From NCBI GenBank assembly GCA_965242725.1, contig CBDESZ010000004.1, positions 192,001 through 256,000 of the forward strand: a DNA stretch of 64,000 nucleotides. Direction: 5' to 3'. The position numbers and the translations under genes are program-made. This document shows positions 1-9,016 of the stretch, in pieces (the stretch's first letter is position 1; every line of letters starts with the position of its first letter). The notes under the pieces were generated by a model. It was not told the origin of the DNA, did not search any database, and worked only from the letters and a program-made list of their open reading frames with translations. The stretch comes from Alkalispirochaeta sp. Its GTDB lineage: Bacteria; Spirochaetota; Spirochaetia; DSM-27196; Alkalispirochaetaceae.

Positions 1-652
1 CAAGGTCGCCGTGGGTATCGTAATCCAGACAGCTTGGCGGGACAGGTACGCCCCGTTCCTCATGTGCCTGGAAGTACCCCTTCCGCTTTTCCGCGTCCAG
101 CCGGTATGTTGAACCCCATCCCCACGTGCCGACCTCACGGAATCCGCGGTCAAAGAGATAATTTACCGCGTCCCGTGCTGCGGCTTGGTGATCCGCGGAG
201 ACCCAACTTGTCCGGTGGTCGTGAAATACGCGGTTTACAAAAACATGGGGAATTCCCGCGGCAGTGAGCCGCTCCGACTCAAACTGTTCTTCTTCAACCG
301 TTCTTCCGAGAAAGAGCACACCGGCAGGTGCGCGATCACTCCCCGCCCCGGGACGAAGATCGAGGGCGCTTCCGGTCTTGAGATGGACGTGGAACCCTTC
401 AGACTCGGCGCGGTCCATAAAACCTGAAATGGAGAGGTCATATCCCTTGAACGATTTGAAATCGGAACGAACGGAAATGAGAAGCGTTTTTCCCCGATGG
501 ACTGAAAATCCGTCGGGCTCGAAGTTCAGCTCCCGCATCGCCACGAGCAGGGCATCCCGTGCGGCGGGACGCACGTTATCGCCACGGAGGAACCGAAATA
601 CCGTACTCCGGGAGACGCCCGATTGCTGAACCAAGTCGTCGATTTTTGCCAC
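1..652 (-). CDS. LacI-family transcriptional regulator (3' end runs off the window)
   Basis: Manual translation from GTG at 652: MAKIDDLVQQSGVSRSTVFRFLRGDNVRPAARDALLVAMRELNFEP, a LacI-type HTH. Missing from the ORF track because no stop is in the window. Confidence 0.85.
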   Translation of the reverse strand, partial: MAKIDDLVQQSGVSRSTVFRFLRGDNVRPAARDALLVAMRELNFEPDGFSVHRGKTLLISVRSDFKSFKGYDLSISGFMDRAESEGFHVHLKTGSALDLRPGAGSDRAPAGVLFLGRTVEEEQFESERLTAAGIPHVFVNRVFHDHRTSWVSADHQAAARDAVNYLFDRGFREVGTWGWGSTYRLDAEKRKGYFQAHEERGVPVPPSCLDYDTHGDL

Positions 653-668
653 AGTAATCTCACTTAAT

Positions 669-684
669 TGACACTATAGTCTCA
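669..684. promoter_or_regulatory. Candidate LacI operator (near-palindrome)
   Basis: TGACACTATAGTCTCA versus its reverse complement TGAGACTATAGTGTCA (14/16). Lies between the divergent LacI and SBP genes and overlaps a TTGACA at 668-673. Confidence 0.5.
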
Positions 685-820
685 CTGAAATAACACTATG
701 TCAACAAAAAAAAGTGTGTTCCGGTCTTTTCCGGAATTGGGCGGTATGAGATACCCATCACGGATGACAGCCTGGAAATTACGGGTTATTGTCGGGAACG
801 GTAGTCAAAGATTGTCTGTT

Positions 821-2503
821 ATGAAGTTTGGAAGGATCGGCGTAATCATCGTCGCCGCGACGGGTGCTGTGATTGCCCTCAGTATCGCACTCGCTGTCGG
901 TGACTCCACCGCGGTGCCAGACCTCGATTTCGCACCTCCCGGGCAGTACCCCGTTGCGGATACGCCGGTTGAACTTACGGGATTTATTCCCGGTGTGGGT
1001 TTCATCCCCGATACTGAATCCAATGCCGTCATGGCGTACGTCGCGGGACGCACCAATATTCACGTCAACTGGATACAGTCCAACAAACTGACGGCCCGCG
1101 ATGAAATCAGCCTGCTTCTCGCAGGAGAGGAGTACCCTGGAATCATCCAGGGCGCCAGCGGAAGTGGCCTGTCCATGGAGGACCTCGTCAGGTACGGATC
1201 ACGGGGTATCATCCTTCCCCTCAACCAGCTCATCGAAGATCACGGATACCATATCAAGGAGATGTTTGACGCGGTGCCCGGCATCAAGGCGGCAATCACT
1301 GCACGTGACGGCAATATTTACGGGCTGCCGGCGGTCTTCACCGACGATTACCACATGACCATGCGGCAGAAATTGTGGATCAACCGGGAGTGGATCGATC
1401 GACTCGGGCTGGACCTCCCCACAACAACGGAGGATTTCTATGCGGTCATGGTCGCCTTCCGGGATCGCGATGCCAATGGAAACGGGGATCCCACCGATGA
1501 GGTACCCATGACCGGTGCCCGGCGCAGTCTGGAAGACCTGGCGATGTGGATCATGAATGCCTTTGTACCGGCCGGTGGATCCGATGAAAGCGGGGACGCC
1601 CATCTGAATAATTATGAGTTTATCATCGACGGCAAGGTATCTTTCAGCGCCAACACGCCGGAGTTCCGCGAAGGGCTGCGTTACATACGTCGTCTCTATG
1701 ACGAAGACCTCTTTCACATCGCCGCGCTTACACAGGACCGGATACAGATCCGCCCGCTCCTGGAACGGGACGAAGTGCAGCGGGTGGGCGCGGTGGCGTC
1801 ACACCACCCCGGTAACTTCACGACCATCGGGGACGATCCGACGTTGCCGTTTCGACAATATGTCGCGCTTCCTCCAATCACCGGCCCCGAGGGAGTGGGA
1901 CATACACCATGGTTTTCCGACGCCATCATCGAGCAGGGACAGTTTGTCATAACCGATGCCGTCGAGAGTCCGGAAGCGGCGATTCGTCTGGGTGACTTCT
2001 ATTACAGTCTGGAGTTTGCGGAAGTTGAAAAGGGGATAGAAGGAGTACATTGGCGGAGAGTGGAGCCCGAAGAGGCGCTTCCTGCTATCGGCGGCGGCGT
2101 TGCCCGGTACGAGTACCTCAAGACCCTCGTTCCCGAGGACAATGCCCAGATCAATCTCGGGCCAATCTGGACACGGAATCTGAAAAACGAGTATGCCCGG
2201 AGCGACGGATTTTCCTATGAGGAGATGCTCCATCGTTCAACTTTGCCCTATGAGCCGTATAAGGTGCGAGTCTTTCCCTATTCCACCATTTCAATCGCCA
2301 CCGGCGCGATCGAGGAGTTCAACGATTTGCGTCGGACGATTCATACCTATGTCGGTGAATCGGTGGACCGATTTATCATCGGAGAACTGGATATAGATCG
2401 TGACTGGGAGACCTATCTCCGTCATCTCAACCGTTTGGGGTTGCCCCGTTATCGTGAAATGCTCCATGCGGCCTATGTACGACTGGAGCGCGGCTCACCA
2501 TGA
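821..2503 (+). CDS. Carbohydrate ABC-type extracellular solute-binding protein (LplA-like)
   Basis: DGNIYGLP, LWINREWIDRLGLDLPTTTEDFY, DANGNG.DE.P motifs. Start placed at ATG 821 (MKFGRIGVIIVAA) just before the hydrophobic segment. Confidence 0.85.
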   Translation: MKFGRIGVIIVAATGAVIALSIALAVGDSTAVPDLDFAPPGQYPVADTPVELTGFIPGVGFIPDTESNAVMAYVAGRTNIHVNWIQSNKLTARDEISLLLAGEEYPGIIQGASGSGLSMEDLVRYGSRGIILPLNQLIEDHGYHIKEMFDAVPGIKAAITARDGNIYGLPAVFTDDYHMTMRQKLWINREWIDRLGLDLPTTTEDFYAVMVAFRDRDANGNGDPTDEVPMTGARRSLEDLAMWIMNAFVPAGGSDESGDAHLNNYEFIIDGKVSFSANTPEFREGLRYIRRLYDEDLFHIAALTQDRIQIRPLLERDEVQRVGAVASHHPGNFTTIGDDPTLPFRQYVALPPITGPEGVGHTPWFSDAIIEQGQFVITDAVESPEAAIRLGDFYYSLEFAEVEKGIEGVHWRRVEPEEALPAIGGGVARYEYLKTLVPEDNAQINLGPIWTRNLKNEYARSDGFSYEEMLHRSTLPYEPYKVRVFPYSTISIATGAIEEFNDLRRTIHTYVGESVDRFIIGELDIDRDWETYLRHLNRLGLPRYREMLHAAYVRLERGSP

Positions 2504-4785
2504 CGATCCGGTTCTCCCGATTGCGCCGTACCGGCGCCCGGCGTCTGTTTCTGCGGTATGCTATAAATAACATCCTCTTACTTGCCCTTCCACTCTGCAT
2601 AGCCGTCATTTATTACGGCGTTTCCGTTCCGGTGCTCAGGGACGGTATCGACTCCTTCGCGGAGGCGCAGCTCAAACAGAGTATCGATGTCATCGACCGG
2701 GAGTTCTGGGAGCTGGACAAAATGGTCAATCGGGTAGGCAATGACTACGACATCAATTTCTATCTCAGCAACAACGGGCGATTCACCGACATGGAGTACT
2801 ACGGACTGCACAACCTATCCGCGAAACTCGCTCCCTACGTGCAGGGAAGTCCCATTGTCAGTCACGTCCTGCTCTATTTGCACCGCAGCAGGACCCTGAT
2901 CAGCGAATCGAGCTTCGGATACTACGACGACTACTACGGGACTGTCGTATCCGTGGAGGGATATGAGGCGGATCAATGGCAGTCGGTCTTTCTTTCTTCC
3001 CTTCGGCAGACCGAATTTCTCCCGTCGGTGAGTGTCAGGATGCACGGAAATGAGTTTGACGCCCACCTCTACCGGAGCAATATCGGCTACGGAGACTACT
3101 ACCGAGGATCGCTGGTGGCAGTCATTTCTGCCGACGAGCTGCGTGGTTTTCTCGCCCGGACACCGCAGCAGTACGGCGGATGGGTACACGTAAGTACCGC
3201 CCGTGGTAAACCTGTCGTCACCACCGATCCTGACGCAGAGACGGTCGTGACTGCGGCGATTCCCGTTGAAGGGAGACAGTCGACGACGATCAACGGCGAA
3301 CGGTTACGTCTCTATCGCATGACCTCTCCCGTCACGGGGTGGCGATATACCGCCGCGTTGAATGAGACGCTCGTTTTTGCGGAAGTACGCCTCGTCCGCA
3401 CCATCGCCCTCGTACTTTTGTCCCTCGGTCTCGTTGCGGGCCTTGGTGTTTCCTATCTCTTTGCATTCCGTTCCAGCAAACCCTGGATGCGGCTCTTTGA
3501 CATCGTCGGTCAGGAGTCGTTCACGTCCGCTCCCCGCCCGGTGAGTGCGTACCGTGAGCTGGAATCGGCAATTGATATACTGGCAAATCGCCATCGTCGC
3601 ATGGAAGAGGAGATCGGCGCCGCGGAAGAGATGACGCGGCACTATTTCTTTCAGAACGTACTCCGCGGCGCCCACCGCAGCCGCCGTGACTTTGAGCGTG
3701 GCCGGAATGAGTTCGGTGTCGCCTTTTCGTCGCACCCGCACTATGTGATTGTAGCGAGGATCATGCCGTTGAACGCCGTACGCGGCGATGAGACGTACCG
3801 TCATTTGCGGGATGAGCTTTCGTCGGCGATTGACTCGTGCCGGGGCAATAAGGATGTGATGGTACCCATCTCCTTTGACGATATCGTTCTCATTCGGGAG
3901 ATCGATCCCGCCGCGGGCCTCCATGAGGATGCGACGACACTCATCACCACGATCCGCAGGGCTATCAATTTCGCCCTGCGTGGAGATTACTGCTATGGTA
4001 TCGGTACCGCCGTGGAGGAACCCTTCCTTCTTACCCTCTCCTACAATCAGGCGATGACGGCAGTGACACCCCTCGACGGGGAAGGTCACGATCTCATGCG
4101 CTTTTACGACGAAGTTACCGATTCCTCCGTCTTCTATTCCTACCCGCTGGACGTGGAGGAAAGCCTGATCCGCGCGGTGAGGGCGGGCAACCACGAGCTC
4201 GTCTCCCAGCTCATCTCATCCCTGGAACGGGAGAACTTTGACAACCGCCGCCTGACCGATGCAGAGGTGGACGACCTTTTTGTGGAGCTGAAAGGGACCA
4301 TACTCAAACTCTATAACGCCATGCCCGGGGGGAACGCCTGGCCCGATCACCGATACGACCAATGGTGGGCTATGGGACCGACCCGGGAGAAGCTGCATCG
4401 CTTTGAAGCGCTGTGCCGTCAACTCGGCGATCGCTATGACGGCCGGAAACGAAGCCACAACTCCGTCCTCCTTACGGCGATTCAGGAACACCTGGAAGAA
4501 CACTACGCCGATCCGAATCTGGGGCTTACCTCCATGGCCGAAGTGTTCAAAAGGTCGGAAAACTATCTTTCCGGCTTCTACAAGGAACAGACGGGGATGC
4601 GCCTTTCCGACGATATTCAGAAGATCCGCATGGAACGGGCCCGGGAATTGCTGACCGGGGATTTTGAATCGATCGACCGTGTCGCGGAACTGTGCGGTTA
4701 CGCCAATCCGGCGTCGTTCAGACGCGCTTTCAAGCGCGTCTTCGGCGTCTCCCCGTCTGAATTTCGCGTCAGAAGGAACTTGTAG
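2500..4785 (+). CDS. Membrane-anchored AraC-family transcriptional regulator
   Basis: Two TM segments flank an extracytoplasmic domain; C-terminal AraC HTH (YADPNLGLTSMAE...CGYANPASFRRAFKRVFGVSPSEFR). ATGA overlap with the upstream SBP gene. Confidence 0.9.
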   Translation: MTIRFSRLRRTGARRLFLRYAINNILLLALPLCIAVIYYGVSVPVLRDGIDSFAEAQLKQSIDVIDREFWELDKMVNRVGNDYDINFYLSNNGRFTDMEYYGLHNLSAKLAPYVQGSPIVSHVLLYLHRSRTLISESSFGYYDDYYGTVVSVEGYEADQWQSVFLSSLRQTEFLPSVSVRMHGNEFDAHLYRSNIGYGDYYRGSLVAVISADELRGFLARTPQQYGGWVHVSTARGKPVVTTDPDAETVVTAAIPVEGRQSTTINGERLRLYRMTSPVTGWRYTAALNETLVFAEVRLVRTIALVLLSLGLVAGLGVSYLFAFRSSKPWMRLFDIVGQESFTSAPRPVSAYRELESAIDILANRHRRMEEEIGAAEEMTRHYFFQNVLRGAHRSRRDFERGRNEFGVAFSSHPHYVIVARIMPLNAVRGDETYRHLRDELSSAIDSCRGNKDVMVPISFDDIVLIREIDPAAGLHEDATTLITTIRRAINFALRGDYCYGIGTAVEEPFLLTLSYNQAMTAVTPLDGEGHDLMRFYDEVTDSSVFYSYPLDVEESLIRAVRAGNHELVSQLISSLERENFDNRRLTDAEVDDLFVELKGTILKLYNAMPGGNAWPDHRYDQWWAMGPTREKLHRFEALCRQLGDRYDGRKRSHNSVLLTAIQEHLEEHYADPNLGLTSMAEVFKRSENYLSGFYKEQTGMRLSDDIQKIRMERARELLTGDFESIDRVAELCGYANPASFRRAFKRVFGVSPSEFRVRRNL

Positions 4786-4905
4786 CCCTCGATTCGGGGA
4801 AAATGTTCGCTCATCGGGAAATTTGCACCCTATCTCCCGGAGATACTCCGTGATACATGAGTAATACAATGGTTTTTTCGTTCATGCATACAGGAGTTTT
4901 ACACC

Positions 4906-5835
4906 GTGGAGCGTAGGGTACAACTGAAACGCGCAGTATGGGATAACGTCACCTCCTACGCATTTCTCGCCCCGTGGCTCATCGGGTTTCTCGTGCTCAC
5001 CCTCTATCCGATGATCTATTCCCTTTATCTGTCTTTTACCCGATTCAATATCCTCCAACCTCCGGAATGGATCGGCCTGAGAAACTACATAACCATGTTT
5101 GGGGGCAGCGAAGAGGTCCGGGGCGATCCACGGTTCATGAACTCCCTGTGGGTCACCTTTCGCTTTGTCTTCATTTCCGTGCCGGTAAAGCTCGTCTTTG
5201 CCCTCGCCGTCGCGATGCTGATGAATCAGAAGCTGCGGCTTATCCCCTTTTACCGCACCCTCTATTACATACCGACCCTTCTGGGTGGAACGGTCTCGAT
5301 CGCCGTGCTCTGGAGACGCCTCTTTGCCGGCGACGGGGTGATTAACCAGATCCTTGAGATCGCCTTCGGTATCGACGCTCCGGCATGGATTTCCAACCCG
5401 AAATACGCCCTGTATACGCTGATTCTCCTTGCGGTGTGGCAATTCGGCTCACCGATGATCATATTCCTCGCCGGCCTCAAACAGATTCCCGACGAGTACT
5501 ATGAGTCCGCCCGGGTGGACGGGGCAGGGCGAATCCGGCAGTTCATCTCCATAACCCTTCCCGGTCTGTCTCCGATCATTTTCTTCAATCTGGTCATGCA
5601 AATGATCACCGCCTTTCAGTCTTTTACCCAGGCGTACATCATCTCCGGTGGTCAAGGCGGTCCCCTGGACTCGACCATGTTTTACAGCCTCTACCTCTAT
5701 CTTAAGGGATTCGGTTTTGCGGAAATGGGGTACGCCTCGGCGATGGCGTGGTTCCTGCTGGTTCTCATTGCCGTCCTGACGGCGCTTGTCTTCAAATTCT
5801 CCGGGTCTCTCGTGACCTACGGGACGGGAGAGTAA
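4906..5835 (+). CDS. Carbohydrate ABC transporter permease
   Basis: EAA loop (YYESARVDGAG), multiple TM helices, MGYASAMAW motif. Confidence 0.95.
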   Translation: MERRVQLKRAVWDNVTSYAFLAPWLIGFLVLTLYPMIYSLYLSFTRFNILQPPEWIGLRNYITMFGGSEEVRGDPRFMNSLWVTFRFVFISVPVKLVFALAVAMLMNQKLRLIPFYRTLYYIPTLLGGTVSIAVLWRRLFAGDGVINQILEIAFGIDAPAWISNPKYALYTLILLAVWQFGSPMIIFLAGLKQIPDEYYESARVDGAGRIRQFISITLPGLSPIIFFNLVMQMITAFQSFTQAYIISGGQGGPLDSTMFYSLYLYLKGFGFAEMGYASAMAWFLLVLIAVLTALVFKFSGSLVTYGTGE

Positions 5836-5838
5836 GCG

Positions 5839-6687
5839 ATGACACGACGAACGAGCCAGAGAATTTACGCCGCCGTGTCAAATATGTTCATCATCATTCT
5901 GGGCGTGGGCATGCTCTATCCCGTGGTGTGGCTTATCGCCGCATCCTTCAAGGAGAGCAACACTATCTTCAGCGATCCCAGTCTGTGGCCCAGGGCATTC
6001 ACGCTCCGGAACTATCCCCAGGGGTGGCGGGGCATCGGAATCGTCACCTTCGGCACCTTTTTCAGGAACTCATTTCTCATAAGCGGACTGAGCGTACTGG
6101 CAAACATCATATTCTGCTCCCTCACCGCGTACGCCTTCGGGCGGCTCAAGTTCAAACTGCGGCGCTTCTGGTTTACGGTGATGCTTCTGACGCTGATGCT
6201 TCCCAACCACGTCACGACGATCCCCAGGTACGTGATATTCCGCTCCTTCGGATGGGTCGATACGATCCTGCCCTTTGTGGTGCCCCGTATCTTTGCAACG
6301 GATGCGTTCTTTGTCTTTCTCCTCGTTCAGTTCATACGAAGTCTTCCCAAGGAGCTTGACGAGTCCGCCTATATTGACGGCGCCGGAAAGCTGGGGATTT
6401 ATCTCCGTATCGTCCTTCCCCTGACGGTGCCGGCGCTGGTGACGACGATGCTCTTCTCCTTTCTGTGGACCTGGGACGACTTCTTCAATCAGCTGCTCTT
6501 TCTCAACTCTCCACAGAAGTACACCGTGCCGATGGGACTGCGGCTCTTTCTGGATTCGTCGGGCATGTCGTCGTGGGGACCGATGTTTGCCATGTCCGTA
6601 CTGGCGATCGTACCGGCGTTTATCCTCTTTTTCTCCCTGCAGAAGTATTTCGTGCAGGGAATCGCGACTACGGGAATCAAGGGATAG
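5839..6687 (+). CDS. Carbohydrate ABC transporter permease
   Basis: LPKELDESAYIDGAG EAA loop, WDDF, QKYFVQGIATTGIKG terminus. Confidence 0.95.
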   Translation: MTRRTSQRIYAAVSNMFIIILGVGMLYPVVWLIAASFKESNTIFSDPSLWPRAFTLRNYPQGWRGIGIVTFGTFFRNSFLISGLSVLANIIFCSLTAYAFGRLKFKLRRFWFTVMLLTLMLPNHVTTIPRYVIFRSFGWVDTILPFVVPRIFATDAFFVFLLVQFIRSLPKELDESAYIDGAGKLGIYLRIVLPLTVPALVTTMLFSFLWTWDDFFNQLLFLNSPQKYTVPMGLRLFLDSSGMSSWGPMFAMSVLAIVPAFILFFSLQKYFVQGIATTGIKG

Positions 6688-6714
6688 GAATATCCCACAT
6701 AATAGGAGGTTTCT

Positions 6715-8004
6715 ATGAGGAAATCAGTACTGATGGTTCTAACACTGGTCTTCAGCGCCGCTCTGGTATTTGCCGGTGGTGGCCAGGAGTCCGGCGGGGC
6801 CGGATCCGACGGCGTCACCACGATCAGGTGGGCTTACTGGGGAAGCGGAGAGCGGGTGGAAATCAGCCAGGAGGCTATCGAGCTCTACCAGGAGCGCAAT
6901 CCGAACATTCGCGTCAATCCTGAGGTCTCCGGCGGCGCCGGTGATCACTTCATCAAAGTGGACACCCAGCTTGCAGGTGGTGCGGGGCCCGATATCATCC
7001 AAATGGGCGGAAACATCAATGACTACGTCGTCAGGGATGTACTTCTCCCCCTCAACGAGTATGCCGGGACGATCCTGAATACCGATGTCATTGACGACAG
7101 CGCGATTCAGTCGGGAACGATTAACGGCAACCTCTACGGCGTATCCACGGGGGTGACGATGCCGGCGCTTGTCTACAACAAATCCCTCCTTGAACGGGAA
7201 GGAATTCCCCTGCCGGAAGTGTCGATGACCTACGCCGAGTTCCGGGATTATCTGGTGATGCTCCGGGACAATCTGCCCGATGACGTCTATCCCATGATGG
7301 ATATCGGGGCTATGTCATCGAACTCAACGCCCTTCGGCTACTGGTCACGATATAACGGGACGCCCCTGTATGACGCAGAGAACGATCGAACTCCCGTCAC
7401 ACCCGAAGCGGCAACGAGATATCTGGAGCTCTTTCAGGACTATCGTGAAAACGGCCTCATTCCTCCGGCGGACGTTGCCGCAGGATATGCCGAGACAAAC
7501 GCCGATACCTCGGCGATCGTTGCAGGGCGCGTCGCCATCGGCTATCTCTTTACCAACCAGCTCGGCGGATATCAGGCGGCCATGACGGACGAGCTCGATC
7601 TCATCGAGTTCCCCGGCGCGGCGGAAACCAACGCCCTCTGGGTTGCACCGAGTCAGTTCTACACGGTCAACAAAGACTCGGAAAACATCGAGGAGACGGT
7701 GCGCTTCATCAACTTTCTCGTCAATGATCCCGATGCGGCACTGATTCTTGGTAACAATCGCGGTGCTTCGGCGTCCTCTTCTGCCCGCGCCGCCGGCGCA
7801 ACCTCGGAAGCGGACCAGAAGGTCCTGGACTACCTGGAAGCAGCGGCGCCCCACACCTCTCCCGATACACCCCGGGTACCCAATGATACGGAGCTCAACA
7901 GCACGCTCTATCTTCTCTATCAGCAGGTTGCCTTTGGTGAACTCACACCGGAGGAGGGCGGACAGGAGATTTACGATCTCCTCGTGCGGCTGATCGAATC
8001 GTAA
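6715..8004 (+). CDS. Carbohydrate ABC transporter substrate-binding protein
   Basis: Signal peptide ending FAGGGQE; AGGAGPDIIQM and LVYNKSLL motifs; AGGAGG RBS upstream. Confidence 0.92.
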   Translation: MRKSVLMVLTLVFSAALVFAGGGQESGGAGSDGVTTIRWAYWGSGERVEISQEAIELYQERNPNIRVNPEVSGGAGDHFIKVDTQLAGGAGPDIIQMGGNINDYVVRDVLLPLNEYAGTILNTDVIDDSAIQSGTINGNLYGVSTGVTMPALVYNKSLLEREGIPLPEVSMTYAEFRDYLVMLRDNLPDDVYPMMDIGAMSSNSTPFGYWSRYNGTPLYDAENDRTPVTPEAATRYLELFQDYRENGLIPPADVAAGYAETNADTSAIVAGRVAIGYLFTNQLGGYQAAMTDELDLIEFPGAAETNALWVAPSQFYTVNKDSENIEETVRFINFLVNDPDAALILGNNRGASASSSARAAGATSEADQKVLDYLEAAAPHTSPDTPRVPNDTELNSTLYLLYQQVAFGELTPEEGGQEIYDLLVRLIES

Positions 8005-8011
8005 TGTAGAC

Positions 8012-8053
8012 GGCGAGGTTCTCCTCGCCCGAGGGCCGCCCTCCAGGGCGGCC
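8012..8053 (+). terminator. Tandem GC-rich hairpins after the SBP gene (stabiliser or partial terminator)
   Basis: GGCGAGG-TTCT-CCTCGCC and GGCCGCCC-TCCA-GGGCGGCC; no strong U-tract. Confidence 0.5.
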
Positions 8054-8095
8054 TCTGTAGTATTCACAAGCTTGTTGAAATGCAGGGTGTAACAC

Positions 8096-9016
8096 ATGTC
8101 CATGACCGGGAAAAAGAACCGACGTGATATCCAGATCCGGGATCCCTTTGTCCTTCCCGTGCCGGAAGAATCGCGATACTACCTCTATGGTACTACCGAC
8201 AGGAATCCCTGGAATGCTCCGGGCGAGGGATTCGACGCCTACGTGGCGGCGGACCTTGACGAGTGGGAAGGGCCTATTCCCGTTTTCCGGCGGGACGAGC
8301 GATTCTGGGGCACCCACGATTTCTGGGCTCCGGAAGTACACCGTTATCGGGGACGGTATTACATGTTTGCCACCTTCATCGCCGAAGGGAGAAAACGGGG
8401 TACTCAGATCCTCTCGAGCGATGTGCCCCTCGGTCCCTTTGTTCCCGTCACCGACGGCCCGGCGACGCCGCCGGAGTGGCACTGTCTCGACGGTACTCTC
8501 CATGTCGACAGGGAGGGAACGCCGTGGATCGTCTTCTGCCATGAATGGGTGGAAGTACATGACGGGGAAATATGGGCGCTCCCGCTGAGCGATGATCTGC
8601 GCTCGCCCTCGGGAGATCGCCGTCTTCTCTTTTGCGCATCCGAAGCGGCGTGGACGAAGCCGCTGCCCCGCCGCGACGGCAGCGGCCTCGTCGATGCCCG
8701 CGTCACCGACGGTCCCTTTCTCTACCGGGCCGGAGACGGTTCGTTGTTTCTCCTATGGTCCAGCATCGGTGAGGACGGGTACGTCATGGGATACGCCCGA
8801 TCCGCGAGCGGGGAACTCGCCGGACCGTGGCTGCAGTCGAAGCGTCCTCTCATTTCCGGTGACGGGGGGCACGGTATGCTCTTCCGCGGTCTCCACGGCG
8901 GGCTCTATGGCGCGTATCACGCACCGAACAACACGCCCCGGGAACGCTTTCGATATGTCGAAATTGCGGTAGCCGCGGATCGCCTTGAACTCGCGAAGGT
9001 GTCTCATGGCCATTGA
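8096..9016 (+). CDS. Glycoside hydrolase family 43
   Basis: IRDPF, FWAPEV, CLDGTL, TDGPF and GGHG motifs of the five-bladed propeller. Confidence 0.92.
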   Translation: MSMTGKKNRRDIQIRDPFVLPVPEESRYYLYGTTDRNPWNAPGEGFDAYVAADLDEWEGPIPVFRRDERFWGTHDFWAPEVHRYRGRYYMFATFIAEGRKRGTQILSSDVPLGPFVPVTDGPATPPEWHCLDGTLHVDREGTPWIVFCHEWVEVHDGEIWALPLSDDLRSPSGDRRLLFCASEAAWTKPLPRRDGSGLVDARVTDGPFLYRAGDGSLFLLWSSIGEDGYVMGYARSASGELAGPWLQSKRPLISGDGGHGMLFRGLHGGLYGAYHAPNNTPRERFRYVEIAVAADRLELAKVSHGH

